The notes beneath the pieces were generated by a model that did not search any database, was not told where the DNA came from, and saw only the letters and a program-made list of their open reading frames with translations. Below, piece by piece: positions 60,935-64,000 of a stretch of 64,000 bases of DNA (the stretch's first letter is position 1; each line of letters opens with the position of its first letter). Position numbers and translations under genes: made by a program. Source of the stretch: Eledone cirrhosa (lineage: Eukaryota); the NCBI GenBank assembly GCA_964016885.1, contig OZ024740.1:272614001-272678000 (forward strand), written 5' to 3'.

Positions 60935-61490
60935 TGCTGCCAAGAGGTTTTGAGAATTTTATCAGAGACATTTATTTAATTAAGAGCAACACAAAACTCC
61001 CTCAAATCTGGAGCCTCCAACTTCAATTTACTTGTTGTAGCGCTCCAATCATATCTGGAAGGCCCCCTTCAAAGTGAAGGTGCCTTGAGCGCTTGTCAGG
61101 GCCTCCTTCATCTCCTCCACATCCTCAAAGCAGATAACCCTGAGCTTCTCCTTCAGCTAGGAGAACATCCAGAAGTCGCATGGGGCAACGTCGGGACTGA
61201 AGAGAGGATGAGGGACAATATTGATCCCCATACCGGCCAAATAATTGATCACCTTGATGCATTTATGGCAGGGGCCATTGTCCTTGTGTCGATGCCACTG
61301 ACCAGACCTGAAGAGTTCTGGTCGCTTGGAACGAAATCACTTTCTGAACTGCCTCAAAAACTCTACCGTATACTCTTTGTTGACTATCTGGCTGTGAGAG
61401 ACCCAGAGGATTGTAGATGATGCCCTTGCTGTTGAGTAATGGAATTATCATGAGCTTCCCAGTGGACCTGCTTTGCCTGTCTTGAGAGTC
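60935..61490 (-). mobile_element. Mariner transposase 3' remnant
   Basis: The minus strand gives WHRHKDNGPCH..GINIVPHPLFSPDVAPCDFWMFS*LKEKL (YSPDLAP.D motif). Confidence 0.85.
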
Positions 61491-61538
61491 AGAAAGTTCC
61501 CATTAGTCACTCTGTCTCTTGGTCTCTGAACCTTTTCC

Positions 61539-61569
<31 letters not shown>

Positions 61570-61570
<1 letters not shown>

Positions 61571-61759
61571 ACGAAGGAAATGTGGTAAAGAACCAGATGG
61601 ACCATAACGCACCAAAGTACTCAATACTTAGGGTAGTAGAGTGGGTAATAGGAACGAGTAGGACCCCGACGGCTGAGCTCAAGCCGTTTCGACGGCTAAT
61701 TCTGTCCAGAATTACTGTCGAAACGGCTTGAGCTCAGCCGCCGGGGTCCTACTCGTTCC
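61570..61759. mobile_element. Family A fold-back
   Basis: Same consensus as 4022 and 58022; (TA)n flanks. A diverged fragment lies at 60566-60666. Confidence 0.85.
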
Positions 61760-62784
61760 TATATATATATATATATATATATGTTTAAATTGATTGATTT
61801 TCAGTCAATTCTGATTACGTAGTATACTATACATACATTAGATTCATTGCTCCCTTTTAATTGATCAAAATACATTTGCACGAAAATACCTTCACGATAT
61901 ATTTACAAATATAGTTCCAATTGCATGCTTTAAAATTCCTATCCGAAATTGTCAAGCACTTTAATGGATACAGTTCTACCCTAAAGGCGTTTTTGCTAGA
62001 AACTTACAATATTTTATTTTTGTTTAAAATGTTAGCTTCGTTCTTTGCTTAAAGTCAGTGACGAGTATACAAACGAATCTAATTGGAGCAAAGTATCATT
62101 GTTACTGCTACTGATGAATTGAAACCGTTTATTTTTTCACACGCTATTTTATCGAAGAAGCATAATTATCCGGTATAAAAACATATATCTGTGTAGAAGA
62201 AAGTACAAGTTTTAACCGTAACTGCGATAAACGGATTAAATGAAATTTCGGATCTTCTTCGATATAATTTCAGAGGTTATCTTAACCTTATACAACCCAG
62301 AGAGAAATACGTAGCTCAAACTTTTATAAACTCATCAATTATGGCGGTAATAGCGAATTGGATGTGACAATTTGCTCATCATTAGTTCTTACTATGATAG
62401 TTAATTCAATTATATCTTAAATTGTGTACTGATAATATGTGAAGTGACACATTCAGTTTGCAGTTACTGCCATGTATTTTCGGTTTATGAAGCCTTTAAT
62501 TACGATTTTTTCTGTCAAATGTAAGTAGTTTTTGCATACAACAACCGAAACTTGAGTCAAGCAGATCATCATTTTCAATCTAGGAAGAAATGCGTTAAAC
62601 AAGACATGTTTATATATTTGAATATGTTTATTTACAGACACATTTCTCGAGGCTTCAGTGAAATTATGTACTCTTCCTTCCTCGATAGAAAGAAGCCCCT
62701 AGTATACTTTAGCTGTTCAATGACCTCTATGCATAGAAGAGGGGTAGTTTATATTCACCGAAATCTGGATTACAATCAAATGTT

Positions 62785-62831
<47 letters not shown>

Positions 62832-63924
62832 ATTTAATGATAATATAGTGTATGGTTGCACAGTTAACATATGACATCATTAGCTAGTTTTATCTGGGGA
62901 TAAAAAAAATAAGAACATACTATATACATTAAATCGGGAAATATTAGGTAGATACTCCGCATATAAAACTAACAATAGAATATGTGGATTATGCGGCCTT
63001 GAATCTCAACAAATTATTTATGCCAAAGTTAACATTTTATTAAAAAATCTGAAATTTCCCCGCTTGTCCCCATAAACACCTACAATCGTTTAACTATTAC
63101 AAACTAAAAAATGTCAATTATCAACCTTTTTCTTCAACTAATGCTTAAACTTATACTGAATCCTTATTAAGGTTTATACAGATTATATGATACGTTTGTT
63201 TAATTAATATACTATCTTATCCAACTTCATATTTTGACCTTAATATTAATAAATACTTAAATATAATTGATGGGGTTGCTTCATTCTAATTAGTGCCATA
63301 ATTTTGATAATTTCAGAGGATATATCAGACAGATGTTTAGTAAATAAATCCAACTATATTCATATACTTCGTACAGCACTTATTCTTATGTTAAATCCAT
63401 TATATTGTAATAATCTATAGGCAGTCTCACACATTTTTATATTATAAAATATATATACATTATTAGCAAGTTATATTAATTTATTCGATATAATAAATAA
63501 TCTTAAGTTCTGAACTAAATAATTTTATTTCATTTTAATCTATTAATTTGTTTAAATACCTGACACATTAATATGTCTTTGCCATATATAAAATGTCCTT
63601 TAAATAATTGTAAATGTTTAACATATATTAATTCAAATATATGTACTTAGCAATAATATTTAAATAATGTAAAATTAAAAGTCTACTTTGTAAATTTAAC
63701 ACCGGTTAAACCCATTAAATTACCACCCTTTAAACTATGAAGTAATAATCTGACACAAGTAAATATTTGTTTATTTTGATACTAATATACTCTTCAAACA
63801 TTTAATTAAATATTATCGATTATTTAATAATTAATAAAGTAGATAGAACACATCTGTAACAACTGAAACATTAATATATATATATATACACACACATATA
63901 TACACACACACACACACACACACG

Positions 63925-64000
<76 letters not shown>

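Overview
AT-rich, microsatellite-dense animal (eukaryotic) DNA. The Nin/Deu- and CORE-type SINEs suggest an octopod cephalopod; this is inference. I found no intact host protein-coding gene, and nearly all ORFs in the track are translations of microsatellites. The window is mostly transposon remnants: several decayed Tx1/L1-type LINE copies abutting (TATC)n, CR1 and RTE 3' fragments, many tRNA-derived SINEs (often in head-to-tail arrays), Tc1/mariner and hAT remnants, and Penelope-like (PLE) fragments with GIY-YIG or N-terminal ORF pieces. The most striking signal is a population of about 25 short elements, from more than 10 mostly unrelated families, inserted in (TA)n. They share a fold-back architecture (one arm with a 3' tail, one without), and many carry minimal type I hammerhead ribozymes. 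Some also carry their own candidate promoter: a tRNA-like A/B box with upstream TATA, an octamer-PSE-like-TATA module with conserved spacing in two families, or ETS/NRF1/YY1 motifs. This suggests a class of non-autonomous, PLE-mobilised SINE/retrozyme-like RNAs. All calls were made by eye, and element boundaries inside microsatellites are approximate.
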